Source of the DNA: a virus
Strand: one strand, 5' to 3'
Virus record (IMG/VR): IMGVR_UViG_3300031963_000066
Location: 1-64,000 of that record
DNA: 64,000 nt
Below are positions 36,882 to 48,453 of the stretch, one piece after another. Each line of letters opens with the position of its first letter. Position 1 is the stretch's first letter. Made by a program: the position numbers and the translations under genes. Below the pieces are notes generated by a model, which searched no databases, had not been told where the DNA came from, and saw only the letters and a program-made list of their open reading frames with translations.

Positions 36882-37958
36882 TTATAAATCTGCTGTATAT
36901 GTGGCTGGATAAGCTCTGGTCACATCACCTGGTCTAGTGCCTGACCATATAATTCTAACACCACCTGTATTTCCTGATCCACTATAAACCACACCACCAC
37001 CAATTATACCCGTTCCTTTTTTAACTGCACCACCGCCGCCACCATAAGTACCACCAAAATTTCTATCGGATGTTGTAACGCTACCAAGGCCTGCTGTTCC
37101 ATCTTTTGAATCTGTTGCCGACGAACCAGCACGGATGCCGCCGCCGGCATCTGTTGTACCTGAAGATTGGAATACGCCAAGTCCACCGCCGCCAGAACCC
37201 ACTTTGTTAGTTGCGGAATGCGGTGGTTTAAGTGAATTTCCTCCTCCACCACCAGAACGATAAGATGGACCATTGGTTGTGTATGCACAACCTCCACCGC
37301 CAGGTGCACCGCCACCATATGTGTCACCAGAAATAGACATATCTCCTGATCCATCGGAACCACCGTATCCACCTTGGCCAGCTACTGTTAATGTTCCGTT
37401 TCCAATAACTAAACCAAATCTACCTCCAGCACCGCCATTACCATAGTAACCACCTGCGCCACATCCACCCCATGCACCCGCTTGTGTTCCGTTTGCGCTG
37501 CCACCTCGGCCACCACCATCACCAACAAAATTTCCACCAACCACGTTTGCGGATGCACCTGATGAACCACTTGGTCCAGTACCACCAAATCCTGCTACCG
37601 TTGATGTGTTAATAAAATAACTATTGCCTGTTGTGTGTACTCCTGGATATGCATCAGGTGCAACGTTTGCTGTTACTCTTGATTGTCCAGCACCAACAAC
37701 TACTGTATATGATGCACCTGGTGTAACAGAAATATTATTTTTCCATCCTAATCCACCACCACTACCACCAGCCATTCTTGTTGCTGCACCACTTTGACCC
37801 ATAGCACCACCTGCGCCACCGCCACCAATGCAAACAACACAAACACTTGTTACACCATCAGGTGCAACCCAAGTGTAAGTTCCTGCCGCAGTGTATTCTG
37901 CTTGTCCTGGAGCAATACCGGTTGGTCCAACAATATAAGAATTTACAAGGAAACTCAT
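36882..37958 (-). CDS. glycine-rich virion/fibre protein
   Basis: GTYTWVAPDGVTSVCVVCIGGGG..GGVRIIW. Confidence 0.75.
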   Translation of the reverse strand: MSFLVNSYIVGPTGIAPGQAEYTAAGTYTWVAPDGVTSVCVVCIGGGGAGGAMGQSGAATRMAGGSGGGLGWKNNISVTPGASYTVVVGAGQSRVTANVAPDAYPGVHTTGNSYFINTSTVAGFGGTGPSGSSGASANVVGGNFVGDGGGRGGSANGTQAGAWGGCGAGGYYGNGGAGGRFGLVIGNGTLTVAGQGGYGGSDGSGDMSISGDTYGGGAPGGGGCAYTTNGPSYRSGGGGGNSLKPPHSATNKVGSGGGGLGVFQSSGTTDAGGGIRAGSSATDSKDGTAGLGSVTTSDRNFGGTYGGGGGAVKKGTGIIGGGVVYSGSGNTGGVRIIWSGTRPGDVTRAYPATYTADL

Positions 37959-38677
37959 GTTCGTCTATAATATAATGTTACTTTTAATCCTTTTGCACCA
38001 GTACCAGCAACATCAATATCCATAGTTATTTCATCATCATCTGAAAAAGTAGTTGTAGATAACACCGCCGGTGTAGCGGCAGTAACACTTGTTTTTTCAT
38101 TTGCATCTATTGTTAATCTTGTGCCAAAAATAGTAGTACCGTTTTTATTAATATCAATTTCAGGAATTCCAGATGTACTTGCAGTGGCCAATGATGCTCT
38201 AGGTATCTGATACAGTGTCATTGCATGTGGTGCTCTAAATGTTACTTTAGCTGTACCTGTAGTTATTGATGTTGTTTCATCACTAAGAGCCACAGTCAAG
38301 TAAACGTTTGCAGAAGTATTGGCTGCAGCAAAAGCACCATTGGCATACAAACTCGCAGAGTTTGCAGTATCATAAGCATTGTTTGCTTTTGTTCTTACCC
38401 ACGCATCTGATGCATTGTTGGCTGCATTATATGCTGCATTGGCTTGAATGAATGATCCATTTGCAAATATTGATGCCGAGTTTGCAGTAATAAATCCTGC
38501 ATTGGCCGTACCTCTAGCCCACGAATCTGCACCCGAACCACCGTCATTAGTATTTGCTTGTGCAAAAGCAGCATTAGCCTGTGCAAACGCAAGATTTGCT
38601 CGGTCAAATGCAGAGGGCACCAAAGAAGAAAAATCTTTAGTTGAATCTAATCTTGATGGAGGTACTTGTGTTGACAT
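37955..38677 (-). CDS. ANxA coiled-coil protein with C-terminal beta domain
   Basis: Heptad repeats followed by ..DIDVAGTGAKGLKVTL. Confidence 0.7.
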   Translation of the reverse strand: MSTQVPPSRLDSTKDFSSLVPSAFDRANLAFAQANAAFAQANTNDGGSGADSWARGTANAGFITANSASIFANGSFIQANAAYNAANNASDAWVRTKANNAYDTANSASLYANGAFAAANTSANVYLTVALSDETTSITTGTAKVTFRAPHAMTLYQIPRASLATASTSGIPEIDINKNGTTIFGTRLTIDANEKTSVTAATPAVLSTTTFSDDDEITMDIDVAGTGAKGLKVTLYYRRT

Positions 38678-38700
38678 TAATTATAACCTTTTTACATTAT

Positions 38701-41700
38701 TTATTTAATATCATATGGAGCTGTTGGTACTGTTATAGTTCTTGCATAACCGTTTGTAATTCTCAAATCTGCAATGTAGCCAAGGGTACCGTAACCTGAC
38801 AAGCTACCGTCTTTTGAACCAATGTATATTGGAGCAGTTGTTGCAGTGCCAGTTTGTGTTCCGGAAATTGTTGCTGTTCCACCTGCAACACCATTTACAT
38901 AGAAGGTCATTGTTGTGCCACTACGAACATATGCTAAATGTGTCCATTGATTGGTGTAAACTGTTATTGTTCCAAAATAAGCTGTTGCATTATAATATTC
39001 CATTCTATAAGAACCAGATACTGCTGATGCCAATGGAGACAAACCAAGGTTCATTGCTGCACCTGTTGCACCAGCTTGTCTTGAATCCCAAAATCTCCAT
39101 CTTGTTATTGTGGCATCCGTTGGATATACCCAGCATTCAAATGTAAAGTCACCTGGGAATACTATAAGACTTGGTTGCGGTCTTACAGCAAGATAATCTG
39201 TTTTGGTTGCAAAGTACACAGATGAGAATCTTGAGTTATTGCTGCCTACAAAAGGTTCTAATGTGGTTATTTTTGCATCACCAGCTTTAGTAATAGTAAA
39301 TGCATTGGTTGAGTTGTCAATGAATCTATTGGATTGGCAGGTTAACAAGCTGGTGTTTGCTATTGCTGTTAATGGTGCAGTGGGTGGAGTAAATGCAGAG
39401 GTGTAGAGTCCAGTGCCTTTTACTATTCTAAAATTACTACAATGGCCAAAAGCATTGTTTGTACCACTAGCATTTTGTGTACCAAAATACAAGAATGTTA
39501 ATGTAAATGTGTAATTCCCCGAATCAGAATAATTTGTATTTACCTGCACTCCATTTGAAAATATTCTAGTTATTCCCGAATTTCTACAAATTGCTATATG
39601 GTTCCAAGTATCTTTAATTAACGCATTTGCTGTTGAAACTGTTCTTGTTGCAGCGGAAGCGCCATAAAATCCAATACTCATATTAGTGTTTTGCTGTACT
39701 AAAAATCTCCCCGAACTATTATTGTCATATATGTCAAGAAGGTATCGGGTAGTTCCTGAATCTAGTGGATAATACCACCATTCAACAGTAAAATCTCCTG
39801 TACCTAGTGCAAGATTTGAGTTTGGAGGGATAGTTAGGTAATCCCCAGTACCATCAAAGTATGCACTGTATGTATCATAGTATGGCGAATTGTTGGCCAC
39901 ATATCTTGAGGTACCAAAAGTTTCTATATTACTAATTCTCAATGCATCTGTTACTGATGGACCCACTGTACTTGCTAACAATAATGTAGTGTTTGATGTT
40001 ACTGGTGCTGGCCGGTTAGAAGGTACAAATGGTCCGGTGTATAGTGCTTGACCATTAGTCATTCTGAGGTTTGAAATATACCCTTGGAATGGACCGCTTA
40101 TAGCACCGGGCAAAGCGGCAGTTCCAATTCCGTGAATGGTTGATGTGTTGTATAACGTTCCCGTCTGTGTTGCGGTACCGATCACCACACCATTCACAAA
40201 AAATCTAACTAAATTTGAACTATCACGGGTAACAGCTACATGGTTCCAAACACCCTTTACATAAGCATTATTCACTCCTATGTTTGTGTTCCATGCAGAA
40301 CCGGTCGTACTTAAAACAGCTTGCATTTGATTTGAAGCGTTACCTCCATCACAGTCAACTCTAACTGATGCATATGCACCAGAAGTAGAATTAAATGCAA
40401 AAAGTGTTTGCTGTACGCCGGAAGTACTTGTATTGTAGAACCAACACTCCGCAGTAAATGTACCTGCAATTAATAATGATGCGGTGTAACTTGCATAATC
40501 TCCAGTGCCATCAAAATAAACACTGTTACCAAAAGTGTTTGCAGAATAATTTGTTGCATCACTAACAGTATCAGTAAATGGATTTTGTATGACAGGCTTT
40601 GCATTACCGTTGACTGTGATTGCAAATGCATTATTACTGTTGTCAATGAATGTGGTAGACTGACAGGTCAACAAACTAGTATTGGCAATTGCGGTTAGTG
40701 GTGTGGTAGATGGAGTAAAGTTTGAGGTGTAGACTGCGGTGCCGTTAACTACCCTAAAATTACTTAAATATCCGGTGAGTCCAAATGTTGATTGTCCGCC
40801 TATTTCTAAAGATTTATTTTCACTGACAATAGCAGAACTTGTTCCTGTACCAACAGAAGTTCCATTTACATAAAGTGTAAAGTTGGTTGAAGATTTTACT
40901 ACTGCAATATGATACCATATGTTTAAACCAAAGTTATGAGTTACGCTAACCACAGTTCCACTAGTTTGTGCAGTTCTCAAAGTTATGGTACCGTCACCCC
41001 ATAGATACAAATAGGGATTATAAGTAGTAACTCCACTAAACGTCCACAAATTATCGTTAGTTCCTGCACCAGGAAAAGCAGTAAAATAATACCATCCTTC
41101 TACGGTGAAGTTACCAGAAATATTAAAAGCCGACGATGATGCAACAGTCAAATAATCTCCAGTGCCATCAAAGTAACCACTATAACTTGCAGGTGTTACT
41201 GTTACTGAACTGAATGGGCTGAATTTTGAAACTGTTGATGCGCCATCACCGCCTTTTGTAATCACATTGTTGGCCGCAGAATAATCAACAAATCTATTTG
41301 AGTTACAAGTTAATAATATGGTGTTTGCGACTGGTAACAATGGATTAGTACTTGGTGTAAATGCTGCGGTGTATAGTGCGGTACCTTTTAGAATACGGAC
41401 ATTTGAAATGTAACCGTTAACTGGCCATAATGTATTGCTTAGTTGGCCAATATATAAAGTACTGCTAGTGTCTTGGTTTCCAGAATAAGTAGTACTTGCT
41501 GATTGAGTACCATTTATAAAGATTCGTAGAGTTGTTCCTGATCTACAAACAGCATAATGGTACCATGTTCCAGCAATAGGTGTGTGACTAGCAATTAAGA
41601 TTGATGTGTCACCGTTAATCCAATTTAATGTTGGACCGCTAGTGTTATCATACCTTAAAGCCCAACCACTCGATGCGCCAGCATATCGACTAATTATTCC

Positions 41701-44700
41701 TCTATCGGTCGTAGTAGAGGACCAATTTACCCAACATTCGACAGTAAAATCTCCGGTACCAAAATTAAATGAAGAACTGGTTGGTATACTCAAAAAATCA
41801 TTTGCACCATCAAAGTATGCACTCCATGAACTACCAAATGGGCTGAATGAACCTAAATTTGTATTTCCAAATCCTGTAACCACACTATTAATATTACTTT
41901 CATCAACTATTACTTTTGTATTTGAAGATAGGTTTGTCTGAGCTGTTAGTAACACTGTGTTGGCCACAGGTGTCAATGGTGCCCAAGAAGGAACAAATGC
42001 GCTGGTGTATAATCCAGTACCATTAACAACTCTTACATTGGACAAATATCCAGTCATAGATGAATCTCGAGCCGCCGATGCACCTACACTAATTCTAGTA
42101 CCATTACCTCTAGAACCAGATAGTGTTCTTACTGCGCCTGCTGAAGCACCATTTATAAATGCATACATGTTGGTGCCAGTTCTCGAAAAGGCCACATGTG
42201 TCCAAGTATTGAGTACCATGGCAATTGTTGTATATATATATTCTGTTGCATCTCCGAAAATACCATATTTTAACTGCCCTGATGCATTTGTCAATAAAGC
42301 AAATCTACCGGACACTTCAGTACCAAACGCAACAAGTGGTTGATTTGCTATAGATGATGTTAAGTACACCCACATTTCTACAGTAAAATCCGCAGGCAAA
42401 ATACCATTTGATGATTCCGCTCCCAAACAATCCCCAGTGCCATCAAAGTATACTGAACCTTCATTGCCAACTAAAGTAACTGTTGTTGTGTTTGCAAAAG
42501 GTCCGTTTCTTGCTGGACCTGCATTACCATTTGTAGTTATTGTAAGTGCATTACTAGAATTGTCAATTACTGTGTTTGCTTGAGCTGTTAAAAATGAAGC
42601 TGTAGTTCCAAATGGACTAAATGTGTTGGCAACTGCTGCATCACCAACTTTTGTAATTGTAAATGCATTGGTAGAATTATCAATTACTGTACTTGTTTTT
42701 GATTGACAGGTCAATAGACTGGTATTGGTAACTGCTGTTAGTGGTGTTGTGGATGGTGTGAATGTTGTGGTGTATACCGCAGTACCCCTTATCACTCTAA
42801 GATTGGAAATGTATCCCTGAACATAGTCGGCTGAACCGCCATTGCCTATCCAGACTGCGTCAGTTACTGTTCCTATATTGCCAGACAACGTTGATGTGCC
42901 AACACTTGTTCCGTTAAACCACAAAGTGATACCTGTTCCAGATCTAGTCAATGCCACATGGTACCATTGGTTTGCTGCTAGTGTAGCTGATGCAGAAATT
43001 GCTCCTGTTGATACGCTATTATTGAATATGGCCCTCATTGTTGAACCATTGTTCATTTGAAGCATCCAGCCCCACACATTGAAGCCCGGATATTGTCCTA
43101 CTATTACCTGATATCCTGTTACCTTTTCTAGATATACCCAACATTCTACAGTAAAATCAGCTGTGAATTGGAATGCCGCATTTCCCGGAACACTCAAATA
43201 ATCTCCAGTACCATCAAAGTACATGCTGGACCCATTTGTCGGCACCGCTATTAATGCTGCTGTATTTGCAGATGATGATTGTGTGATTGCTAACGGACTG
43301 GTAGGAACAGTAAAGTTGCCGGTGTATACTGCGGTGCCTTTAACTATTCTATAATTTGAAATGTATCCTATCCATAGATATGAAGTACTATAATAGCCAC
43401 CCAACACAACATGTGTGCCAGTATAATTAGTTGTATCTGTAATTGATCCACTAGAGCCAATGCTAGTCTCTAACACGCCATTGATATAAAGTTTAGTAAC
43501 TCCGGACGCACGAACTAAAGCAAGATGCGTCCAAGTGTTAAATATCAGTTTGTTTGTGCTTGTTGTGTGTGTAGTATTTACTGCGTACACAGTTATTGCG
43601 TTACTGGTAAAAATATTTAAAGCTAAACTATTTGCGGCACTTGCTTTAAATCCACCAGCAGTATCTGACTGTTGAAAAATGCCTTGGTTTGCACCAGAGT
43701 TAGGATAAACCCAAAACTCAATAGTGAAATCACCTGTACCAAATGCAAATGCAGAATTCGATGGTATTGTTAAATAATCCCCAGTGCCATCAAAATACAT
43801 ACTGTAATTATTTGCAGCAGGCACAGTGACTGTTGTTGGTGTACCATTGAATGGGCTAAATGGATTAACTTTTGTGTCACCACCCTTTAAGATTGTAAAG
43901 TTATTATTTGAATTGTCAATTAGTTTGTTGGATTGGCAAGTTAATAAACTGGTGTTGGCCACATATGTTAGTGGTGAAGTTGATAGAGTTGTATTTGCGG
44001 TATATAATGCGGTGCCATTTATAAATCTAAGATTAGAAATATAACCGTTAAATCCAAATGCTGTGCCGCTATTATAACCTATGTATGTTGTGCCGCCTGT
44101 TGTTAAAGAAGTTGCATAAGTTTGTGTTGTACCTACTTGTAATCCGTTGATAAAGAAATAAACAGACGAACCGTTTCGAGTAATAGCAATATGATTCCAT
44201 GTTCCTAAAGTAATTGATCCTGCGGTTACTGCCACACCCCAAGAACCACCCGGACCCATCAACCATTGTACAGTTTGATCGGATAACACTTGTACACGAA
44301 CTGCTCCATATCCCGAACTAGCCGTGTCAGAAATATTAAAAATTGATTGTTGTGTTGCTGAACTGGTATTGATCCATGCTTCTACTGTAAAACTATTGGT
44401 ACCAATATTAAAAGCGGCATTGGTCAATATGGCTAAATAATCACCAGTACCATCAAAGTAGTTACTGTAATAACCTTCTTTAAAAGGATGAAATTCATTT
44501 GGCTTTGTGTCTGCAACAACCACAACTTCATTATTAAATGTACTTAAATCTGTATTGAATGTGTTTCCATTTGGTACCGGATTTGCACTCATTAACAATG
44601 ATGCATATTTCCAAAACAAGTCACCAGGAAGATTGATTGTCCAGTTCAAATATCTTGTTGCAGTTCTACTTGTTGTATTTGCTGTTGCAGTTATGATTGA

Positions 44701-45552
44701 TGTATTACTTGCAACAACTGTTGGTGTACCAGAAATTATACCAGTAGAGGTATTCATTGACAATCCAGTTGGCAATCCACTGGAAGTATACAGTACACCA
44801 TATCCGGCCGCAGAAGTTGCAACTACTGTCACATTTGATATTGGTAAATTTTGTGTTGCACTAGTTGTTGTGTTGTTTGCTGGTGATGAGAATGAAACAA
44901 CATCAGTATTAATCGTCAAACTAAAAGAACGAACAGAATCTTGATTTTGTGCATCAGTTGCTTGTACAGTAAACGAATATGTTGTACTTGAACCATCCAC
45001 AGGTGCAGTACCAGAAATTGTGCCACCAGAACTTAGTGTCGAACCTGAAGGTAAAGAACCAGAAGATAATGCATATGTAATTGGTGCATCACCTGTTGCA
45101 ACAACTGTTGTGCTGATTGCGGTTGTTTCGTATACAGTACCTAATGAACCAGCTGCTGTGGTAAATGTTGGTACACCAGAATATACCAAACCTGGTACAA
45201 GGATACCAGTACCACCATTTGCATTGGTAACAAAAACGGTATAACTACCAGAACCTAATGCGGGAGAACTAAATGTAAGGCGTCCAGAATCCAGGAATGT
45301 TACTGCACCTATCGTAGTAGACCCAACCAAAACGGTTGCACCTGGTGCGAAACCTGACCCATACAAAACGATAACTTGATTGCCTGCTGGGTCTGCTGCG
45401 GTATCATTTGTGTCAACATAAGATCCATCAGTTACCGCAAAACGGGTAACAGTAGGTACCAGGAAAGTTTGTTGGTTAAAATGTTCACCAACTGTAATAA
45501 ATCCTGTTGAATCTTTTGCTCTCTTGCCTCTGACACCGGCATTAAACATCAA
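38701..45552 (-). CDS. giant multi-LamG (concanavalin-like) fibre/adhesin with N-terminal IPT/Ig-like domains
   Basis: Nine ~210-aa repeats starting YFDGTGDYL with FTVE.W, W.H.A..R and GYISN.R motifs; GSGF and LPTGLS..GTPT Ig-type motifs at the N-terminus. Confidence 0.88.
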   Translation of the reverse strand: MMFNAGVRGKRAKDSTGFITVGEHFNQQTFLVPTVTRFAVTDGSYVDTNDTAADPAGNQVIVLYGSGFAPGATVLVGSTTIGAVTFLDSGRLTFSSPALGSGSYTVFVTNANGGTGILVPGLVYSGVPTFTTAAGSLGTVYETTAISTTVVATGDAPITYALSSGSLPSGSTLSSGGTISGTAPVDGSSTTYSFTVQATDAQNQDSVRSFSLTINTDVVSFSSPANNTTTSATQNLPISNVTVVATSAAGYGVLYTSSGLPTGLSMNTSTGIISGTPTVVASNTSIITATANTTSRTATRYLNWTINLPGDLFWKYASLLMSANPVPNGNTFNTDLSTFNNEVVVVADTKPNEFHPFKEGYYSNYFDGTGDYLAILTNAAFNIGTNSFTVEAWINTSSATQQSIFNISDTASSGYGAVRVQVLSDQTVQWLMGPGGSWGVAVTAGSITLGTWNHIAITRNGSSVYFFINGLQVGTTQTYATSLTTGGTTYIGYNSGTAFGFNGYISNLRFINGTALYTANTTLSTSPLTYVANTSLLTCQSNKLIDNSNNNFTILKGGDTKVNPFSPFNGTPTTVTVPAANNYSMYFDGTGDYLTIPSNSAFAFGTGDFTIEFWVYPNSGANQGIFQQSDTAGGFKASAANSLALNIFTSNAITVYAVNTTHTTSTNKLIFNTWTHLALVRASGVTKLYINGVLETSIGSSGSITDTTNYTGTHVVLGGYYSTSYLWIGYISNYRIVKGTAVYTGNFTVPTSPLAITQSSSANTAALIAVPTNGSSMYFDGTGDYLSVPGNAAFQFTADFTVECWVYLEKVTGYQVIVGQYPGFNVWGWMLQMNNGSTMRAIFNNSVSTGAISASATLAANQWYHVALTRSGTGITLWFNGTSVGTSTLSGNIGTVTDAVWIGNGGSADYVQGYISNLRVIRGTAVYTTTFTPSTTPLTAVTNTSLLTCQSKTSTVIDNSTNAFTITKVGDAAVANTFSPFGTTASFLTAQANTVIDNSSNALTITTNGNAGPARNGPFANTTTVTLVGNEGSVYFDGTGDCLGAESSNGILPADFTVEMWVYLTSSIANQPLVAFGTEVSGRFALLTNASGQLKYGIFGDATEYIYTTIAMVLNTWTHVAFSRTGTNMYAFINGASAGAVRTLSGSRGNGTRISVGASAARDSSMTGYLSNVRVVNGTGLYTSAFVPSWAPLTPVANTVLLTAQTNLSSNTKVIVDESNINSVVTGFGNTNLGSFSPFGSSWSAYFDGANDFLSIPTSSSFNFGTGDFTVECWVNWSSTTTDRGIISRYAGASSGWALRYDNTSGPTLNWINGDTSILIASHTPIAGTWYHYAVCRSGTTLRIFINGTQSASTTYSGNQDTSSTLYIGQLSNTLWPVNGYISNVRILKGTALYTAAFTPSTNPLLPVANTILLTCNSNRFVDYSAANNVITKGGDGASTVSKFSPFSSVTVTPASYSGYFDGTGDYLTVASSSAFNISGNFTVEGWYYFTAFPGAGTNDNLWTFSGVTTYNPYLYLWGDGTITLRTAQTSGTVVSVTHNFGLNIWYHIAVVKSSTNFTLYVNGTSVGTGTSSAIVSENKSLEIGGQSTFGLTGYLSNFRVVNGTAVYTSNFTPSTTPLTAIANTSLLTCQSTTFIDNSNNAFAITVNGNAKPVIQNPFTDTVSDATNYSANTFGNSVYFDGTGDYASYTASLLIAGTFTAECWFYNTSTSGVQQTLFAFNSTSGAYASVRVDCDGGNASNQMQAVLSTTGSAWNTNIGVNNAYVKGVWNHVAVTRDSSNLVRFFVNGVVIGTATQTGTLYNTSTIHGIGTAALPGAISGPFQGYISNLRMTNGQALYTGPFVPSNRPAPVTSNTTLLLASTVGPSVTDALRISNIETFGTSRYVANNSPYYDTYSAYFDGTGDYLTIPPNSNLALGTGDFTVEWWYYPLDSGTTRYLLDIYDNNSSGRFLVQQNTNMSIGFYGASAATRTVSTANALIKDTWNHIAICRNSGITRIFSNGVQVNTNYSDSGNYTFTLTFLYFGTQNASGTNNAFGHCSNFRIVKGTGLYTSAFTPPTAPLTAIANTSLLTCQSNRFIDNSTNAFTITKAGDAKITTLEPFVGSNNSRFSSVYFATKTDYLAVRPQPSLIVFPGDFTFECWVYPTDATITRWRFWDSRQAGATGAAMNLGLSPLASAVSGSYRMEYYNATAYFGTITVYTNQWTHLAYVRSGTTMTFYVNGVAGGTATISGTQTGTATTAPIYIGSKDGSLSGYGTLGYIADLRITNGYARTITVPTAPYDIK

Positions 45553-45908
45553 CTGATCTCCTCAAACGAACACACTGCTTGTAATATACTATTGGTACTG
45601 GCCGTTAATCTCAATTCATCACCTTCTAACAGATAAATGGAAAGTGTTTTGTCAATGGCTGTGAAAGATGTATCTGCTGCAACCGAAATGGTACTGACCA
45701 ATTTATATGCAGTCGCACTTCTATACAAATCAACTGTTATGTCCGCTGCACTGGTTCCATGAATATTGGAAATAATCAAAGAATTAATTTTTAATATTTT
45801 ACCACTGGATGAAGGATTGTTTGCAATAGAAGTCGCCGATGTTGTCACCGATTGTACTTGTGTGTTTCCATTAATTGTTGTTAGTGCTGCTATGTTTGGG
45901 TTTGCCAT
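45549..45908 (-). CDS. small beta-rich virion adaptor-like protein
   Basis: MANPNI..ISNIHGTSAADITV..SFEEIS. Confidence 0.7.
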   Translation of the reverse strand: MANPNIAALTTINGNTQVQSVTTSATSIANNPSSSGKILKINSLIISNIHGTSAADITVDLYRSATAYKLVSTISVAADTSFTAIDKTLSIYLLEGDELRLTASTNSILQAVCSFEEIS

Positions 45909-45917
45909 TTTAAATCC

Positions 45918-48452
45918 TTAGAATCCGAAAACAATCGACATTGCAATTGCCTTTGATAATGATGTGCCACCTGTATTTGCTTGTGAGAATGCTGCATTGG
46001 CTTGAATGAATGCAGCATTTGCGGTGCTTCTAGCATATGTATCCGCACCGCCACCAGTATTTGCTTGTGCAAAGGCCGCATTAGCTTGTGAGTATGCTGC
46101 ATTCGCCTGGTTAAATGCAGAACTGGAACTAGAACCAGAATTTGCAGTAGCGAATGCAGCATTAGCTTGTGCGTATGCTAAGTTTGCAGTATTTGCTGCA
46201 TAAGGGTCTAGAGCACCACCGCCTGTTATCGTGGTCACTTCTACATTTGCACCATTTTCAAATGTACTATCGAATGTTACTACATTACCAGAAACAGTAT
46301 ATGTGTCTCTAAGCTGTGTGATACCATCTACAACAGCAATTATATAATTTTCACTTGTTGGTGATGTACTTAAAGTGAATGTTGTTGTTCCACCATTTGC
46401 AGTAAATCTATCAGAATAAATTGATACTGGTGTTCCTGATCCGCCACCAGTATTAGCTGCCGCAAAAGCTGCATTTGCCTGAGCAAAGGCTGCATTAGCA
46501 TAAAGACTTACGGAGTTAGCAGTACCAAATGCTCCGTTAGCATATGTTCCTGCACTGGTTGCCTTAGCATCAACTGTATTAGCATATCCTATTGCATCGT
46601 TGGCATAACCAGATGCAGAATTAGCCGCACCAAATGCTCCGTTTGCATATAAACTTGCCGAGTTTGCGGCATCAAAGGCCGAGTTTGCCTGATTAAATGC
46701 AAAGCTGGCACTAGAACCAGAATTCGCAGCAGCAAAGGCCGCATTGGCATATAGGCTGGCTGAATTGGCTGCACCAAAAGCAGAATTTGACTGCAAGAAG
46801 GCACTGTTAGCATAATTAGATGCCGAGTTAGAAGAACCGAATGCACCGTTAGCAAATGTTCCAGCAGAGTTGGCCGAATCAAATACACTATTCACATAAG
46901 GCAATACATCAATGCCTTTGATTGTAATCGTTGTTGATTTTAGGTTTGCTTTTAATGTTGCAATCTTAAATGATGCATCATTAATATTGATGTTGTTATC
47001 ACCACCAATTTCTGGTGTATATTCTTCAAAGAGCTGCCATTCTTTTGTGCCAGAATCTCTTATTAGTCCGGTGTGTGCATTGACACCATTGTTATAGTGG
47101 GATGCAAAACCAATATCTAAAATATCACCGGTGTAATTTCCGGTACCCATGATAAACAAAGTATCGTTTGCAACAATCTGTGTTGAACTGGTACTAAATG
47201 TATTGCCTAATATACTCAAGTTACCAGTAATAGAAACATCACCAGAAATGGTACCACCAGATGTATTAAATTTTAGGTTGGCTGTTGTAAAAGCACCATT
47301 GGCATAATTAGAAGCAGAGTTGGCTGCCGCAAAAGCACTATTGGCATAATTAGATGCTGAATTAGAAGCATCAAATGCTGCGTTTGCCTGGTTAAATGCA
47401 AAACCAGAACTTGAACCGGAGTTGGCTGCAGCAAATGCTGCATTAGCATATAGACCTGCACTTGTGGCTTTTCCATCTGCTGTATTAGCTGTTGTGAAGG
47501 CACCGTTGGCGTATAAACTGGCTGAATTGGATGAACCAAAAGATGCATTGGCCTGTGCAAAGGCACCATTTGCATACAAACTTGCTGAGTTGGCCACCGC
47601 ATATGCAGATATAGCAACATTACTTCCAACATTTGCGGTGTATTGAACAGTTCCGTCAGCAAATGTGATGCCGTTTGCACTTGTTCCATTTATAGTTAAT
47701 GCACCACCTATGGTTACATTTCCACCTATACCCGCACTACCAGTAACAACTATTGCACCACTGGTTGTCGTTGAAGAATTTGTTGTGTTTGTAAAGTAGG
47801 TTGTTTCTGTGAATGTTACAACACCAGTTACATTACCTCCAGTTTTAGGTAATGCATTATTGGCTGTTATGAAAGCACTATTAGCATACGATGAAGCCGA
47901 ATTGGCTGCATCAAATGCGGCATTGGCTTGATTAAAAGCAAAGCTGGCACTAGAACCAGAATTCGCTGCAGCGAATGCCGCATTGGCTCTATCGAATGCT
48001 GAGTTTGAATTATCTGTAACTACTGGTACATTACTTAACAATTCACGAACTTGTATCACCGATCCGGTACTTGGTGCAGTTGTGAAAGTTAATGTTGTAC
48101 CACTTACACTATAATCAACTATTGGATTTTGTGTAATACCATTATCAAAAACAAGAATACTATTTGATGTAGTATTAGCTGTTACTGTAAATGCGGTTGT
48201 ACTACCATCACCAGTAAATGTTCTTGTCAAATAATACAATGAAGCAGTATTACTACTTGTGATAATTGCATCATAAGCCAAGTTGGCTTGACTGAAAGCA
48301 CCATTGGCATATATACTTGCTGAGTTTGCTGCACCAAAAGCCCCATTGGCAAATGAAGATGCTGAGTTAGCAGTTACAAATGCACCATTGGCAATTGAAC
48401 TGGCTACCCTTACATCCTTCTTACTTTGGCTGCCAATGTAGGTGAATTGCAT
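45918..48452 (-). CDS. fibre protein with ANxA coiled coils and two 'FTGDGSTT' beta modules
   Basis: Repeats; C-terminus KAIAMSIVFGF. Confidence 0.75.
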   Translation of the reverse strand: MQFTYIGSQSKKDVRVASSIANGAFVTANSASSFANGAFGAANSASIYANGAFSQANLAYDAIITSSNTASLYYLTRTFTGDGSTTAFTVTANTTSNSILVFDNGITQNPIVDYSVSGTTLTFTTAPSTGSVIQVRELLSNVPVVTDNSNSAFDRANAAFAAANSGSSASFAFNQANAAFDAANSASSYANSAFITANNALPKTGGNVTGVVTFTETTYFTNTTNSSTTTSGAIVVTGSAGIGGNVTIGGALTINGTSANGITFADGTVQYTANVGSNVAISAYAVANSASLYANGAFAQANASFGSSNSASLYANGAFTTANTADGKATSAGLYANAAFAAANSGSSSGFAFNQANAAFDASNSASNYANSAFAAANSASNYANGAFTTANLKFNTSGGTISGDVSITGNLSILGNTFSTSSTQIVANDTLFIMGTGNYTGDILDIGFASHYNNGVNAHTGLIRDSGTKEWQLFEEYTPEIGGDNNININDASFKIATLKANLKSTTITIKGIDVLPYVNSVFDSANSAGTFANGAFGSSNSASNYANSAFLQSNSAFGAANSASLYANAAFAAANSGSSASFAFNQANSAFDAANSASLYANGAFGAANSASGYANDAIGYANTVDAKATSAGTYANGAFGTANSVSLYANAAFAQANAAFAAANTGGGSGTPVSIYSDRFTANGGTTTFTLSTSPTSENYIIAVVDGITQLRDTYTVSGNVVTFDSTFENGANVEVTTITGGGALDPYAANTANLAYAQANAAFATANSGSSSSSAFNQANAAYSQANAAFAQANTGGGADTYARSTANAAFIQANAAFSQANTGGTSLSKAIAMSIVFGF

Positions 48453-48453
48453 G

